Assembly: GCA_964425075.1 (NCBI GenBank)
Contig: CAYRKM010000002.1
Coordinates: forward strand, 64,058 to 128,057
Length of the DNA: 64,000 nucleotides
Reading direction: 5' to 3'
Origin: an uncultured Gammaproteobacteria bacterium
Lineage (GTDB): Bacteria; Patescibacteriota; Microgenomatia; Levybacterales; GWA1-39-11
The notes beneath the pieces were generated by a model. That model was not told the DNA's origin and ran no database searches. It worked only from the letters and a program-made list of their open reading frames with translations. The number at the start of each line of letters is the position of its first letter. Within the stretch, counting starts at the first letter, position 1. Positions 1-10,800 of this stretch are shown here, one piece after another. The translations under genes and the position numbers were made by a program.

Positions 1-61
1 TTTCCCCTTGACCTCGTGTTGTTTTTTTGCATATAGTATAAGGAAGAGCGCTTAATCATTA

Positions 62-805
62 ATGAGTAAAACAGCCATTATTATTCTCGTTGTTGGAATC
101 CTTATTTTAGGTGGTATTGGAGCAACTATTTTTGTTTTGAATCAACCACAAGACACTCGTTCTAGAGCTTCAAATCCAACTCCCGCCCCAGTAATACCTA
201 CAACAACTACTGCACCATCAATTTCTCCATCACCAAGTACCCTTGTCACTCCAACTGGCGGAATTGGCGGAGGATCAGCGCAACAATCAACTTGCGCCAC
301 TCCTACTTCAGCTCAAAATGTTTTAGTAGAATACCCGGGATGTGAAGGGGATAATTGTCTATTTACTCAAGCAAGCTGTACTTGGGACCCAAATAATGAT
401 GCTACAACATACAATCTTACTGTTACTGAAGTTGAAACAGGAAGTGTCGTTAGAAATGAGTCAATTCCTAATTCTACTACCAAAGTTTTGTTTCCAGTTA
501 CCCAGGGGAGAACTTATAAATGTGATATAAGCGTTGCAAATTCCTGTGGTAACGTCAGCGCTGTATCATCTGACCAATTACTTTGTGAAGCCGACGCGAT
601 TATTCCTACAGCAACACCTACTGTTGCTACCACTCCAGCCCCTACAGCGTCCGCAACAGCAACTATTGCACCAACTACTGCTCCGACTGTAGTACCAACA
701 ATAACACCAACCCCACCAATAGTTGGAGGACTTACTCCAACACTTAGTGTCTTTGGTGTTGTTTTGATTTTAATTATTGGTGGGATAGTATTCTTAGCGC
801 TTTAA
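62..805 (+). CDS. hypothetical Pro/Thr-rich surface protein with a hydrophobic helix at each terminus
   Basis: 247-aa ORF. N-terminal TM-like IIILVVGILILGGIGATIFVL, P/T/A-rich linkers, a Cys-containing middle module, and C-terminal TM-like VFGVVLILIIGGIVFLAL. No family recognised. Confidence 0.6.
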   Translation: MSKTAIIILVVGILILGGIGATIFVLNQPQDTRSRASNPTPAPVIPTTTTAPSISPSPSTLVTPTGGIGGGSAQQSTCATPTSAQNVLVEYPGCEGDNCLFTQASCTWDPNNDATTYNLTVTEVETGSVVRNESIPNSTTKVLFPVTQGRTYKCDISVANSCGNVSAVSSDQLLCEADAIIPTATPTVATTPAPTASATATIAPTTAPTVVPTITPTPPIVGGLTPTLSVFGVVLILIIGGIVFLAL

Positions 806-820
806 CTAAATTAGTTTTTT

Positions 821-1747
821 ATGGACCCGCAAACACAACAACCAACTTTTCAGCAAACTAATGGGTCTTTTGTGGACCCGACACAAAGAGGCACAAGTTT
901 CTTTAAGAATAAATTATTAATTTTAGTAATAATCTTAATTGTCGCCTTGGGTGCCATTGGTGGACTTTGGTTCATTCTAAGGGGGCAGTCACAAAACACT
1001 GCTAAGACACCGTCGGAGGAACAAAATGTGGTACTTGCAACAATTGGAACGACTAAAATCACAAAGGATTATGTTAGAAACATTGCCCTTGAATCATACG
1101 TTCCTACCGCAATTACAAATGATGTAATAAAACAGCAATTAGATATTGCTATTGAGAGAGTTCTTCTTGAGAAAGAGGCTTTAAAGAAAAACATAGTTTT
1201 GCCAAAAAATGTAAGTAAGTCTGAATACTATAGCTTGCTAAAAAATAAGGTAACTGAGGGGCAAATTCTTTCTGTTGAGGAGCAGGATATTAGTTGGTGG
1301 ATTCCCCCAACACCTGACTACGAACAACGCCCTGAATTTGCAGAACAAAGGAGCGTGCAGCAAGAAATGGCAAATGAAATTGAAAGAAGACTTGCGAATG
1401 ACGATGATCCACTTACAGTGGCTAAAGATATGATCGTTAAGTATCCTGTTTTTGCAAATATTTTGGGTTATAACGGACAGATTGTAAAACAAATTGATCA
1501 GTCCACAACTTCAGCTTCAAGAACTGTACAATATGATGCAATTGATGCAGAAAAGCCCTTTTTTAACCTTTTATACTCAATGGGCTCTAATGAAATAAGA
1601 AGTGGTATCTGGGAAAATGGTTCAGGTGGAGCAGTAATAAAGACAGGCACTGTTACAAGTGGCGCAAAAATTGATTATGCCAAGTGGCTTGCTGACCAAA
1701 TAAAACTTCAAGTCAAATACAACACCGAGGAGATTTCAAAATTATGA
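821..1747 (+). CDS. hypothetical membrane-anchored extracytoplasmic protein (weak SurA/PrsA N-terminal-domain resemblance)
   Basis: 308-aa ORF with one N-terminal TM helix (LLILVIILIVALGAIGGLWFIL). It starts 16 nt after the upstream ORF. The resemblance is weak and by eye only. Confidence 0.55.
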   Translation: MDPQTQQPTFQQTNGSFVDPTQRGTSFFKNKLLILVIILIVALGAIGGLWFILRGQSQNTAKTPSEEQNVVLATIGTTKITKDYVRNIALESYVPTAITNDVIKQQLDIAIERVLLEKEALKKNIVLPKNVSKSEYYSLLKNKVTEGQILSVEEQDISWWIPPTPDYEQRPEFAEQRSVQQEMANEIERRLANDDDPLTVAKDMIVKYPVFANILGYNGQIVKQIDQSTTSASRTVQYDAIDAEKPFFNLLYSMGSNEIRSGIWENGSGGAVIKTGTVTSGAKIDYAKWLADQIKLQVKYNTEEISKL

Positions 1748-2988
1748 AAAAACTACTTTTCCTATCGTCAAGTTTTTTGTTCCTATTTCTGCTAATTGCG
1801 TTCCCGCCAAAAACCGACGCACAAAATTTGGCTAACTGCTTAAAGATGAATGTTAATATTCAGGCAACTAATTGGCCAGGAGGAACAGTGAATGTGAGTT
1901 GTGCTGGGGACAATGGACCAAGTGGTTGTGTGGGAAGCTCAAATAGTGGGACACCAGGACAAACAGTACCGCTGGATAAATGTAGCTGTCCACCTTATGC
2001 TGATGGTTGTCTTCAGGCTTCATTTCCTGCTCAATGCACAGAAGTGATTAGTGGACCACGATGTGGAACGAATGGAAATGTAATTGATCCAACAATTACC
2101 GTAAATTGTCCAGAACAAAAGAAAGAGGAACCCAAATGCACAGTTGGTGAAGTTTGTGGAGCTAACGAATGTAGTACTATAAATTGTAATAAAGCATACC
2201 AAAGAAAACGAGATAAGGACTGTAATTGTGTTATAGATCAAAGTACTCAAGTTGATGATAATTCATGCACTCAAGCAGTTACTTGCCCAACACCACCAAC
2301 AACAACACCGACAGTTACAACAACAACTACGCCTCCTGTTACTACAACAACTCCACCAGTGACTACTACAACGCCCCCTGTGAGCCCAACGCCACCATTT
2401 AATGAAACCATGTGTAAGTGCGAAAATATAGAATTTACTCCGATTACATTGGGGCAAAAAACAACAATAACAGCCTTTGGGAAAGTAGAGGGGACTGATA
2501 CTCAATTTGCTAAAATTCCGAGCTTTAATTTTATATTTTATGCAGGAACTGACACGAGCGCGACTGCAATACAGCGTCAAACAGTTGCCGCAACGCAAAT
2601 TGAAAATACTGTTACAAAAGCTCGCTATAAAGCTGTGTGGGAACTCTTAATTCCTTCCAATCTAGATGCTTCCAAAATTTATCGTATTCAAGCAAAGCCA
2701 ACTTGTGTCAAGAAAACTGCTGCAATTGCTCCACCAATTAACCCCACCTCAGCAGTTTTGGCTGCAAAGGATGAAAACACAGGATTTTTTGCTCAACTTG
2801 CAAGATTCTTTGCAAATCTTTTTGGAGGCTCAAAAGATAGCACTTCTGAAGAAGCAACAGTTCAGGATACAGCATCAATACAATCCCAACAATCAAATCT
2901 TCAGATAGGTACATTCCAACCCTTAATTGCAACAAAACAGTCGGACGCGAACAACTGTTCCTTCATTAGGCTAGAATTCGCAAAATAA
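1744..2988 (+). CDS. secreted Cys-rich protein with Thr/Pro-rich linker (hypothetical)
   Basis: ATGA start/stop overlap with the upstream ORF. Signal-peptide-like N-terminus ending KTDAQ, many Cys in the first 180 aa, and a TTTPPVTTTTPPV linker. Confidence 0.6.
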   Translation: MKKLLFLSSSFLFLFLLIAFPPKTDAQNLANCLKMNVNIQATNWPGGTVNVSCAGDNGPSGCVGSSNSGTPGQTVPLDKCSCPPYADGCLQASFPAQCTEVISGPRCGTNGNVIDPTITVNCPEQKKEEPKCTVGEVCGANECSTINCNKAYQRKRDKDCNCVIDQSTQVDDNSCTQAVTCPTPPTTTPTVTTTTTPPVTTTTPPVTTTTPPVSPTPPFNETMCKCENIEFTPITLGQKTTITAFGKVEGTDTQFAKIPSFNFIFYAGTDTSATAIQRQTVAATQIENTVTKARYKAVWELLIPSNLDASKIYRIQAKPTCVKKTAAIAPPINPTSAVLAAKDENTGFFAQLARFFANLFGGSKDSTSEEATVQDTASIQSQQSNLQIGTFQPLIATKQSDANNCSFIRLEFAK

Positions 2989-3043
2989 AACTTCTTGTAT
3001 TTGTTTAGTCTGTTAGTCGGTTGGGAAAACTAACCATAAATTT

Positions 3044-3982
3044 ATGTCATTTTTTAAAAAATATTCAGGTGTTTTGGCTCTTCTAGCAGCAACTCTTTGC
3101 TGGGGACCTGCTCCTGTTGTTACAAAATTAGCGCTTGAGGAAATTCCGCAAATGCAGTTTGCTTTTATAACACGAGGAATTGCTTTTGTTTTACTGTTTC
3201 TTATCTTTTTTAGGAAGGGCTATTTTAAAATTTCCAAAAAACATCTCCCTCTTCTTATAACAGCCGGCTTGTCCGGATCTTTCTTGAATTTCTCGCTTTT
3301 CCTTGGTGGAATAAAATTAACAAATGCAATGGATGCACAAGCAATTTTTACTGTAAGTCCTGTTATAACAGCGATATTTGCACACTATTTCTTAAGGGAA
3401 AGGATAAAGTCAGTGCAGATAATAGGCGTAATTATTGGTTTTTTGGGAGCAGTGCTAATTGCAACAAAGGATTATTGGGAAACGGGAAGTTTGGTAGTTG
3501 GGAATATGTTCGGAAATTTTCTTATTTTTTTGGCTGCTGTTTCGTGGGTCGGGTATATACTGGTTAGCAAAAAGCTTTCAAAAACCTATTCTCCAATTAC
3601 TATTACAATTTATTCCTTTATGATAGGCTTTATAACCTTTATTCCTTTTGCTTTCTATGAGGCTATGGGAAATACATCCTGGATCAACTCACTTAGCAAC
3701 TCAGCCCTAATTGGGCTTGTTTATCAAGGAATATTTTCGTCCGTTCTTGCATTTCTTTTTTACCAAATTGGCCTAAAACTAACAAGTGCTTTTGCAGCGG
3801 GGGTAATTTTATACCTCAATCCTGTCTTAACTTCTGTTTTTTCAATCCCAATTTTAGGAGAAAGATTATCTCTTACATTCCTTATTGGGGCTGCACTTAT
3901 AATAGCTGGCAGCTTTACTGCAACTCAATATGAAACAGTTCGAAAGAGAGTATCCTTCGGTTTTTTCAAACCAAAAGCATGA
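3044..3982 (+). CDS. EamA/DMT-family transporter
   Basis: 312 aa, about 10 predicted TM helices in two similar halves. The sequence style is typical of drug/metabolite transporter (EamA) proteins. Confidence 0.8.
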   Translation: MSFFKKYSGVLALLAATLCWGPAPVVTKLALEEIPQMQFAFITRGIAFVLLFLIFFRKGYFKISKKHLPLLITAGLSGSFLNFSLFLGGIKLTNAMDAQAIFTVSPVITAIFAHYFLRERIKSVQIIGVIIGFLGAVLIATKDYWETGSLVVGNMFGNFLIFLAAVSWVGYILVSKKLSKTYSPITITIYSFMIGFITFIPFAFYEAMGNTSWINSLSNSALIGLVYQGIFSSVLAFLFYQIGLKLTSAFAAGVILYLNPVLTSVFSIPILGERLSLTFLIGAALIIAGSFTATQYETVRKRVSFGFFKPKA

Positions 3983-3996
3983 TGTTTTTTTGACTT

Positions 3997-4560
3997 TTAA
4001 TTCGGTTCTTGAAGTGCCCAATTGTGCGATACGGAAGGTTCTGAACACAAATTTCTGTTAAAACAACAAGGCCTTCGCATGCCTTTGCTCAGTTTTGAAA
4101 TCATGATATCTACATGCTTTTTTCGGGTTTCCTCACTTTTTACTGCCCTTACCCAACGTACCCAATCCCAACGCGCAAGCGGTGTAATGTCATTCCACAA
4201 TTTATGAATTTCTTTATCTGCAACAAGAGCTTTTTTCATATCAGGTGGCACTACTGGATTAATCCATTCTTTTGTCGGTTCTAGTGAAACTTGTACTGTG
4301 TCTCCGACTTTAACACCTGCTTCATTAAGTAATTTTTTATCAGGAGAAAACCAATGGCTCGGTTTTAGCCCCGGTCCATATTTCCCATCTGGTTCAAGCA
4401 AAGTCTTAAAGGGAATGTTATTAAAAGTGCCTTTCACCATTAACATACCGCGAGTGGGAAGTTGTGAAGAAGATTCTTCAGGTAATCTGAGAATAATCCA
4501 ATTATTTATCTTATAAAGTTTTGTTTCAAATTTAATTACAGTCATTTTTATTGATAGCAC
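3997..4560 (-). CDS. DUF1905 plus YdeI/OmpD-associated family protein
   Basis: 187 aa. The N-terminal half resembles DUF1905 (GTFNNIPFKTLLEPDG). The C-terminal half resembles the YdeI family (WDWVRWVRAVKSEETRKKH). Confidence 0.65.
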   Translation of the reverse strand: MLSIKMTVIKFETKLYKINNWIILRLPEESSSQLPTRGMLMVKGTFNNIPFKTLLEPDGKYGPGLKPSHWFSPDKKLLNEAGVKVGDTVQVSLEPTKEWINPVVPPDMKKALVADKEIHKLWNDITPLARWDWVRWVRAVKSEETRKKHVDIMISKLSKGMRRPCCFNRNLCSEPSVSHNWALQEPN

Positions 4561-4938
4561 TTATTCATTCTCTATAGCTTGTTTAAGTTTTTCTAAAACT
4601 TTTTGTGTAAATGGCTGACTGACGTCTCCTGTTTCGACATATTCAAGTCGGGTAATATTTTGGTCCGTTGGTGTAAAAGTGTACCTTACATGATAATTTC
4701 CATCTTCAGTTTTCCATTCAACATATTCGTTTTCCTTATAATCAGATAATATTATATTAAAAGAAGTATCGTCATTTTTGTGTTCTGTATAAACCGTTCC
4801 AATCTTCACGGGCCACTCATTTGTTGTTTCGTTAATAATACCTGGTACCCACAATTTGGCTTTTGGGGGTGTAATACAAAATGCAAAAACTTCTGTAAGC
4901 GGTTTGTTTATTAAAATTGTAAGCTTATTCTGTACCAC
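4561..4938 (-). CDS. SRPBCC (START/AHSA1-like) family protein
   Basis: 125-aa ORF with a GTG start. Size and pattern fit small SRPBCC ligand-binding proteins. It abuts the downstream ORF with no gap. Confidence 0.5.
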   Translation of the reverse strand: MVQNKLTILINKPLTEVFAFCITPPKAKLWVPGIINETTNEWPVKIGTVYTEHKNDDTSFNIILSDYKENEYVEWKTEDGNYHVRYTFTPTDQNITRLEYVETGDVSQPFTQKVLEKLKQAIENE

Positions 4939-4970
4939 AAAAAGATTATATCAGAGGTTTGAGTTTGTTT

Positions 4971-5046
4971 TGGGGTGGCTGACCGGATTCGAACCGGCGA
5001 CGTCCAGCTCCACAAGCTGGCGCTCTACCACTGAGCTACAACCACC
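4971..5046 (-). tRNA. tRNA-His (GTG)
   Basis: Hand-folded cloverleaf. Anticodon loop TTGTGGA, G-1 paired with C73, T-loop GGTTCGAATCC. This is the only tRNA in the window with an encoded CCA. Confidence 0.9.
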
Positions 5047-5118
5047 ATTTAGTTCTAAATTAAAATTTAACTCTAACTTAGAAAATTCCTAATTACTAAT
5101 TGCTAAAAAATGACCGTG

Positions 5119-5191
5119 CGCCCTCGAAGGGACTCGAACCCCCAACCTAATCGTTAGAACCGATGTGCTCTATCCATTGAGCTACGAGGGC
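5119..5191 (-). tRNA. tRNA-Arg (TCT)
   Basis: Hand-folded. Acceptor GCCCTCG/CGAGGGC, anticodon loop GTTCTAA, T-loop TTCGAGT. There is one mismatch at the top of the anticodon stem. Confidence 0.8.
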
Positions 5192-5282
5192 GTATCTTCA
5201 GGAAGCACAACCTATATTTTACTAAAGTTTTGAGGTAAAGTAAAACAAACAGAAGAATTTTCGGAGGTTAAAATTTGCCTAC

Positions 5283-6206
5283 CTAGGTCATTTTGCCTTT
5301 TTCAATGCTGTGCTGACCAAATTGATTACGCATTCCAGTTAAAACTTTTCCTGTAAAACTTGGTGTTTTTTGTGAAGCTTTTCGAAATTTATAACTTCCC
5401 TCAATGATTTTTGCAGGAACTTTAAATTCTCTTGCTGTCTTTGCTGTCCACTCACCTTCACCCGTTGAGCCAACTGAACCCGAAACGTCCTTCAGGTCCT
5501 GACCATATACCTTAAAAGCATCTTGAAGCCAGCCAACAAGTCGAGAGGTAACAACGCTACCATGCTGATAAATTTCAGTCACGTCAATTAAATTAAGCCT
5601 GAAGGGGGATTTTTTCATGATTTCAAAGCCTTCAGCAATTGATTGCATCATTCCATATTCAATTCCGTTATGTACCATTTTTACAAAGTGACCCGCTCCA
5701 TATCCTTCAAAATGCATAACGCCTTTTGGAATTGAAACAGCTTCAAAAAGAGGTTTTAGATATTCAAAAGTAGCTTTCTCACCACCTACCATGCTGCATG
5801 CACCATTTCTAGCGCCTCCTGGTCCACCTGAAATACCTGCGTCCAGAAACTTTATGCCAAACTTTTTAAGCTTTCTAGCCCTAACTGCAGCTTCCTTATA
5901 GAAAGAATTACCCGCATCAATTATGATGTCTCCCTTTTGAAGATAAGTCGTAAGTCCTTTTTTTCCGAAAATAACCTCATCATTTGCTTTTCCGGCAGTT
6001 AACATAACCCAAACTACACGAGGAGCGGATAACTTATTTACTAATTCTTCCAACGAATATGCACCTTCCACGCCTTTCTTTTCAAAATTTTTAGTAACTT
6101 CTGAGGTTCTGTTGTATCCGACTACTTGCCACTTATGATCAATGAGGTTTAATGCAATGCCGCCACCCATGCGGCCCAGACCCACAACACCAATTCGTTT
6201 TTTCAT
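5283..6206 (-). CDS. gnd: 6-phosphogluconate dehydrogenase, decarboxylating (short, about 300-aa form)
   Basis: N-terminal Rossmann motif GVVGLGRMGGGIA, then DAGNS, GISGGPGGAR and HFVKMVHNGIEYGMMQ, all characteristic of 6PGDH. Confidence 0.85.
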   Translation of the reverse strand: MKKRIGVVGLGRMGGGIALNLIDHKWQVVGYNRTSEVTKNFEKKGVEGAYSLEELVNKLSAPRVVWVMLTAGKANDEVIFGKKGLTTYLQKGDIIIDAGNSFYKEAAVRARKLKKFGIKFLDAGISGGPGGARNGACSMVGGEKATFEYLKPLFEAVSIPKGVMHFEGYGAGHFVKMVHNGIEYGMMQSIAEGFEIMKKSPFRLNLIDVTEIYQHGSVVTSRLVGWLQDAFKVYGQDLKDVSGSVGSTGEGEWTAKTAREFKVPAKIIEGSYKFRKASQKTPSFTGKVLTGMRNQFGQHSIEKGKMT

Positions 6207-7660
6207 GTTTTAGATTGTAATATATTTTCCTCAATTATCATAGCGTCTTGTAATACTTTTTTAGAATTTGGCTTGTATTCCAAAAGTGGTTGAGCATTTT
6301 TCTCCCAAGAGTCAATTATCGGATCTATAAAATTCCACATTGCCTGAACTTCGTCCGTTGATACAAAGAGTAATTGGTTACCCAAAATACAATCTAAAAG
6401 TAATTTTTCATATTCTTCTACATACTGAGCGCGTTTTTTCCTTTCATCCCTATAAAGAAATGATAGGCGCTGAAGCTCCATCGAATATTCAAGCCCAGGT
6501 TTTTTTGACCAAAATTCAATTGCTATTCCTTCCCGAGGGTCAAGGGAGAATATAACTTTATTTTTAAAATGCATACCTGAAGGACAAAGGCATGGTTTAT
6601 TATGCTTAAAAGTGACTACAATCTCCTTGTTGTCGACAATCTTTTTCCCTGCCTCAATTATTATCGGAACATTTTTCCATTGAGATGATTTAAGCATTGC
6701 CACCAATTTAAAATATGTTTCTGTTTTTGAATTTTTACTAACTCCTTCCTCATTTTTATAACCCACAAACTGCGCCCGAAACGTCTTCTCGGTAACTTCA
6801 CGCATGGAAAGAGGTATCAGCTCTTCAAGAACTTTTGAACGAGCTTGCCTTACGTGTATGGGCGTCAGGTCTATGGGTTGCTCCATTGTAAGAAGAGCAA
6901 GCATCTGAAGCGCATGATTTTGCCCGACATCACGAAGAGCACCAATCCCATCATAAAATCCACCACGACTGTCAATTCCCATCTTTTCGAGAAGCCGGAT
7001 TTCTATTTTTTCTATATGCTCATTATTCCAAGTTTTTTCGAATAAATCATTCGAAAATCTAAAAGAAATAATATTTTGCATCATGTCTTTACCTAAATAA
7101 TGGTCAATTCTATAAATTTGCTCTTCCTTAAATAATTTACCCAATAATTCATCTAGTTCTTGGGCAGTATGAGCATCTTTTCCAAAAGGTTTCTCAACAA
7201 TAACCCGTGTCCATCCCTCTTCAGGACTACAGGGAAGAGTAAGACCTGATGAGTGAAGGTGTTCAAAAATGCTTTGGTAGTTACTTGGGGGAACAGCAAG
7301 ATAAAAAAGCTTGTTGGAGCAGGCTCTCCACTCATCATCCACCCGGCCTAAGTATGTTGCCATTTCGTTGTACGCATCTACTTCATCAAAATTTCCTTTT
7401 CTGTATTCAAAATATTTCAAAAAAGCATCAACATCACTTACTTTTATCCTTCTGTCTCGATTGTCTGAAAGAATTTTTCTAACATGCTCCTTGTATTCAT
7501 CCTGAGATATATCTCTTCTAGAAAATGCTATGATCTTGAAAAGATTAGGAAATTTACCACTTTTGTAGAGATGGAAGAGAGCAGGGGTAATTTTCTTGGC
7601 CATCAGATCCCCCGTGGCACCGAAAATGATAAATACTGTGGGGATATTTTTGTTTTCCAT
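6203..7660 (-). CDS. zwf: glucose-6-phosphate 1-dehydrogenase
   Basis: IFGATGDLMAKK dinucleotide motif, EKPFG, and the RIDHYLGK active-site motif. It overlaps gnd by 4 nt. Confidence 0.9.
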   Translation of the reverse strand: MENKNIPTVFIIFGATGDLMAKKITPALFHLYKSGKFPNLFKIIAFSRRDISQDEYKEHVRKILSDNRDRRIKVSDVDAFLKYFEYRKGNFDEVDAYNEMATYLGRVDDEWRACSNKLFYLAVPPSNYQSIFEHLHSSGLTLPCSPEEGWTRVIVEKPFGKDAHTAQELDELLGKLFKEEQIYRIDHYLGKDMMQNIISFRFSNDLFEKTWNNEHIEKIEIRLLEKMGIDSRGGFYDGIGALRDVGQNHALQMLALLTMEQPIDLTPIHVRQARSKVLEELIPLSMREVTEKTFRAQFVGYKNEEGVSKNSKTETYFKLVAMLKSSQWKNVPIIIEAGKKIVDNKEIVVTFKHNKPCLCPSGMHFKNKVIFSLDPREGIAIEFWSKKPGLEYSMELQRLSFLYRDERKKRAQYVEEYEKLLLDCILGNQLLFVSTDEVQAMWNFIDPIIDSWEKNAQPLLEYKPNSKKVLQDAMIIEENILQSKT

Positions 7661-7808
7661 CCGTATTCATTTTAAACAAGAACATCCCTTTATTTCAAGG
7701 AAATTTTGATATTATTATAAATACATCTAGCCAAGCATATCATTTGTGCTAAAATGTAACCTAATTTTAAGTGCTTTCTAAAAATAATGAAAATACGATT
7801 ATTACACC

Positions 7809-10800
7809 TTGAGTATTATGGAGACTTTACATTCCGGTTTTGATCATCCTCCCGTTGGTCCTGCTCCACATCCTGATTCTTCAGGTAGACCCGTCACCCA
7901 CCCACTTCCTGGCGAGCTAGATGGGGAAGGAATGCTTGATCCAACATCTTTGGATTTCTGGCGAAATCTTCATGCTAACCTTACAGGCTTTATAAGCAAG
8001 AACTATCCCTTTTCAGATTTCCTTAAGAATTTCGATAGTGAGAAAGGGAAAGTGGGTCGCACACATTCAAATGGCGATACAAACGCCACATACGCATACC
8101 TTAATGCAATTTATAAACAGCGTTCATTCTCGCATCCCGGCCATCCTACTCTTGAGCAGCATATCGTCTCGCAATTCACACCTCCTACAGATGACCCCGA
8201 CTTTGCTGAAATTGTTGAAGAAACCCGCTCTCTTATTAGACAGCGTTTTCCAGAACATCAGCTTCCTAGAACGACAAGTCTTGTCAAGCTCCAAGATCCG
8301 GAATTTTGGAGCGAATTTGAGGATGAGCTTTCAAAAACTCCTTCGAGTTCAATATTTGCGGATTTTTTAAAAGGAGGAGGTGGCCTTTCTGAAGACGGTA
8401 GTCAGATGCAGGGAAAGTATCATGATGTCTGGCTTGATATATACGATCCTCGGGGTAGAACTGAATTTAGAAATGCATATAAGGAACAAACAGGAAGAGA
8501 TATAGATACTGATTCTGCAAGAGACGCTCAGAGGATTTTCTTCGAAGTAGCACCAGCACGTATAAAAGCACAGCTTATTAAGAGATATCCGAGAATTTTT
8601 AGTGGATTTGCAGTAGAGTGGGTAGGAAATTCTCAATTACCAAAAGCTGCCCAGGCTGTCATTAACACTCTCGGGTGGTTAGGTGAAGATAACCGAAAAA
8701 AAATACTTGACGTACTTTCGAAATATGTGCATATAGAAACAAGTAGTACTTCGGGTTTTGATTTTTCTGCTGAAGATACTAGCATTATTCTTGGACAAGC
8801 AGCAGAACAATCAGAAGTTGTAGCAGCAGAAGTTGGTCCGCCAACACTCGAAACTATTATTCGAGACGCAACTAATACTTTTCAGCTTGTTGAACAAGAA
8901 AAGTTGGATAATGGGAATTCTGAAAATGAACAACTGTCAAGTGAGCTAACAGCTGCCCTTGAAACATCCTATCTTTACCCAACACTTCGTAATGTTTTAT
9001 ATAAACCTTTCGCACTTTTTTGGTCAAAATATCTGGAGACTCATGGTGGGTCCTCTGTTCCCGAAGATGAAATGAGAAGTTTTCTTGACACATATGCACA
9101 TAATGAAATTGCTCAAACATCTCTATCGCCCGAAGAGCAGCAAATGCTTGAGCGTCTTAAAAAAAATGTTTTTTCCACTATTTTTAGTGAATTTATAGAA
9201 ATTGCAAATTACTCTTCTCAAATTAATCACTTCAGGGAAAGAAGCATCGACGGGAAAGCAAAGCATCTGTTTTTTCATCAGGTTGAGGGAATTAAGCATC
9301 TTGTCGAAAAAGGCGCCGGAATTTTAGCTGATGAACCAGGAACCGGCAAAACAGTGACCCTTGCGCTCGCAGCATTAAATCGAGTTGACCAAAAATTTCG
9401 AGAACCTGGAAAAATAGCAAGGGTGCTAGTTGTTGGATCAAAAACTGTTAATAACAACTGGGAGGAAGAACTTGAAATGCATGTTGCGCCAGGTGATGTC
9501 GATACAGTAAATTTCAATTCTGACGAACTTGCACAGTTAAGCCAGGCAAAACGCCTTGAAATAATGGCACAAAGATTGAAAAATCCTACAGCGGATAGAC
9601 AAGTTTTGCTTGTCAATTACGATCTGTTTCGCAATTCATTTTTTCAGGAACTCCTTCATTCTGCAGGAATTGACTGTACAATAATTGATGAAGCTCATAA
9701 TGTAAAATCGCGTTTTATGGATTCTATTGCTGAGCATAACGACGACACGTCCCATAATGCTCGACTTGCAAAACGCACAACAAATCTTTATAGATTTCTT
9801 CTTTCCAACCCGAATATGGATGTTTATTTGGGTACTAGCACTCCCTTCGTCAAAGAATTAATAGAGCCGCTTATCATGGGTCACCTGGTCGATAGGTGGA
9901 GTCTTCCAATTGACCGGGTTTCAGCTTTAAGGGAGGATCCTGCTGGAGCAAATTTGGCACTTCGTGAAGTAATGATTCGGCGACGAAAGGATGCAATCAG
10001 CGATATCCCCCCAAAAGACACAGACTTTATACCAGTAGACTTAAGCCTACTTAGTGCTGCGGAACGCTCGGAGCTTGTTTCATTGGGCCTTGATATAGAA
10101 AGAGCCGATGAAAGCTCTTTCAGAAGATTTTTTTCCATGTTGTCTATTGAAGCTCAAGCAAAAATGCCCTGGCTTATTGAGAAAATAAACGAGTTAACAT
10201 CTGATGGAAGAAAGGTAGTTGTTTTTACTCCATTCGTTAATGACCAGGAAAGACTTACAGCCTCAATAAGTACGAAGGCTATTGCAAAGCGACTTATTGA
10301 TTCAGGAATTACCTCTGTTGGAGTTCTTGATGGAACTTTAAGTGAAAGCGAAAAACTTGCTGTTCAAAGAGATTTTCATGACCCGAATGGGGTAAGAGTT
10401 TTGGTAGGTAATTATCAAACGGCAGGCGAATCAATTACACTTAATTCGCCTTTCAATAGAGCAACTGAAGTAATTATACTCGTTGCACCAAACACAATAA
10501 GTAGATACATTCAAGCAATTGATAGAGTGCATAGAATCGGACAAGATGAGAAGGTTACTATTCACGTGCCTTTTCTTACGGAAGACCCTATCGCAAGGCC
10601 AGACGGAACATATGACAGACGAATTGTTAGTCGAATGCTTAGAGAACTTTCACTCTTTAATGCTGTTGTAGATGGTTTATTTTTTGTTGAAGCTGCAGAT
10701 TATTACGATGAAATTAGACGGGGAAAAAACGGAAACTCAGAACCAAGAACCGCTCTTGAAAGTGGACAAACAGTTCGTTTGGATACAGAACAGAAGCCTC

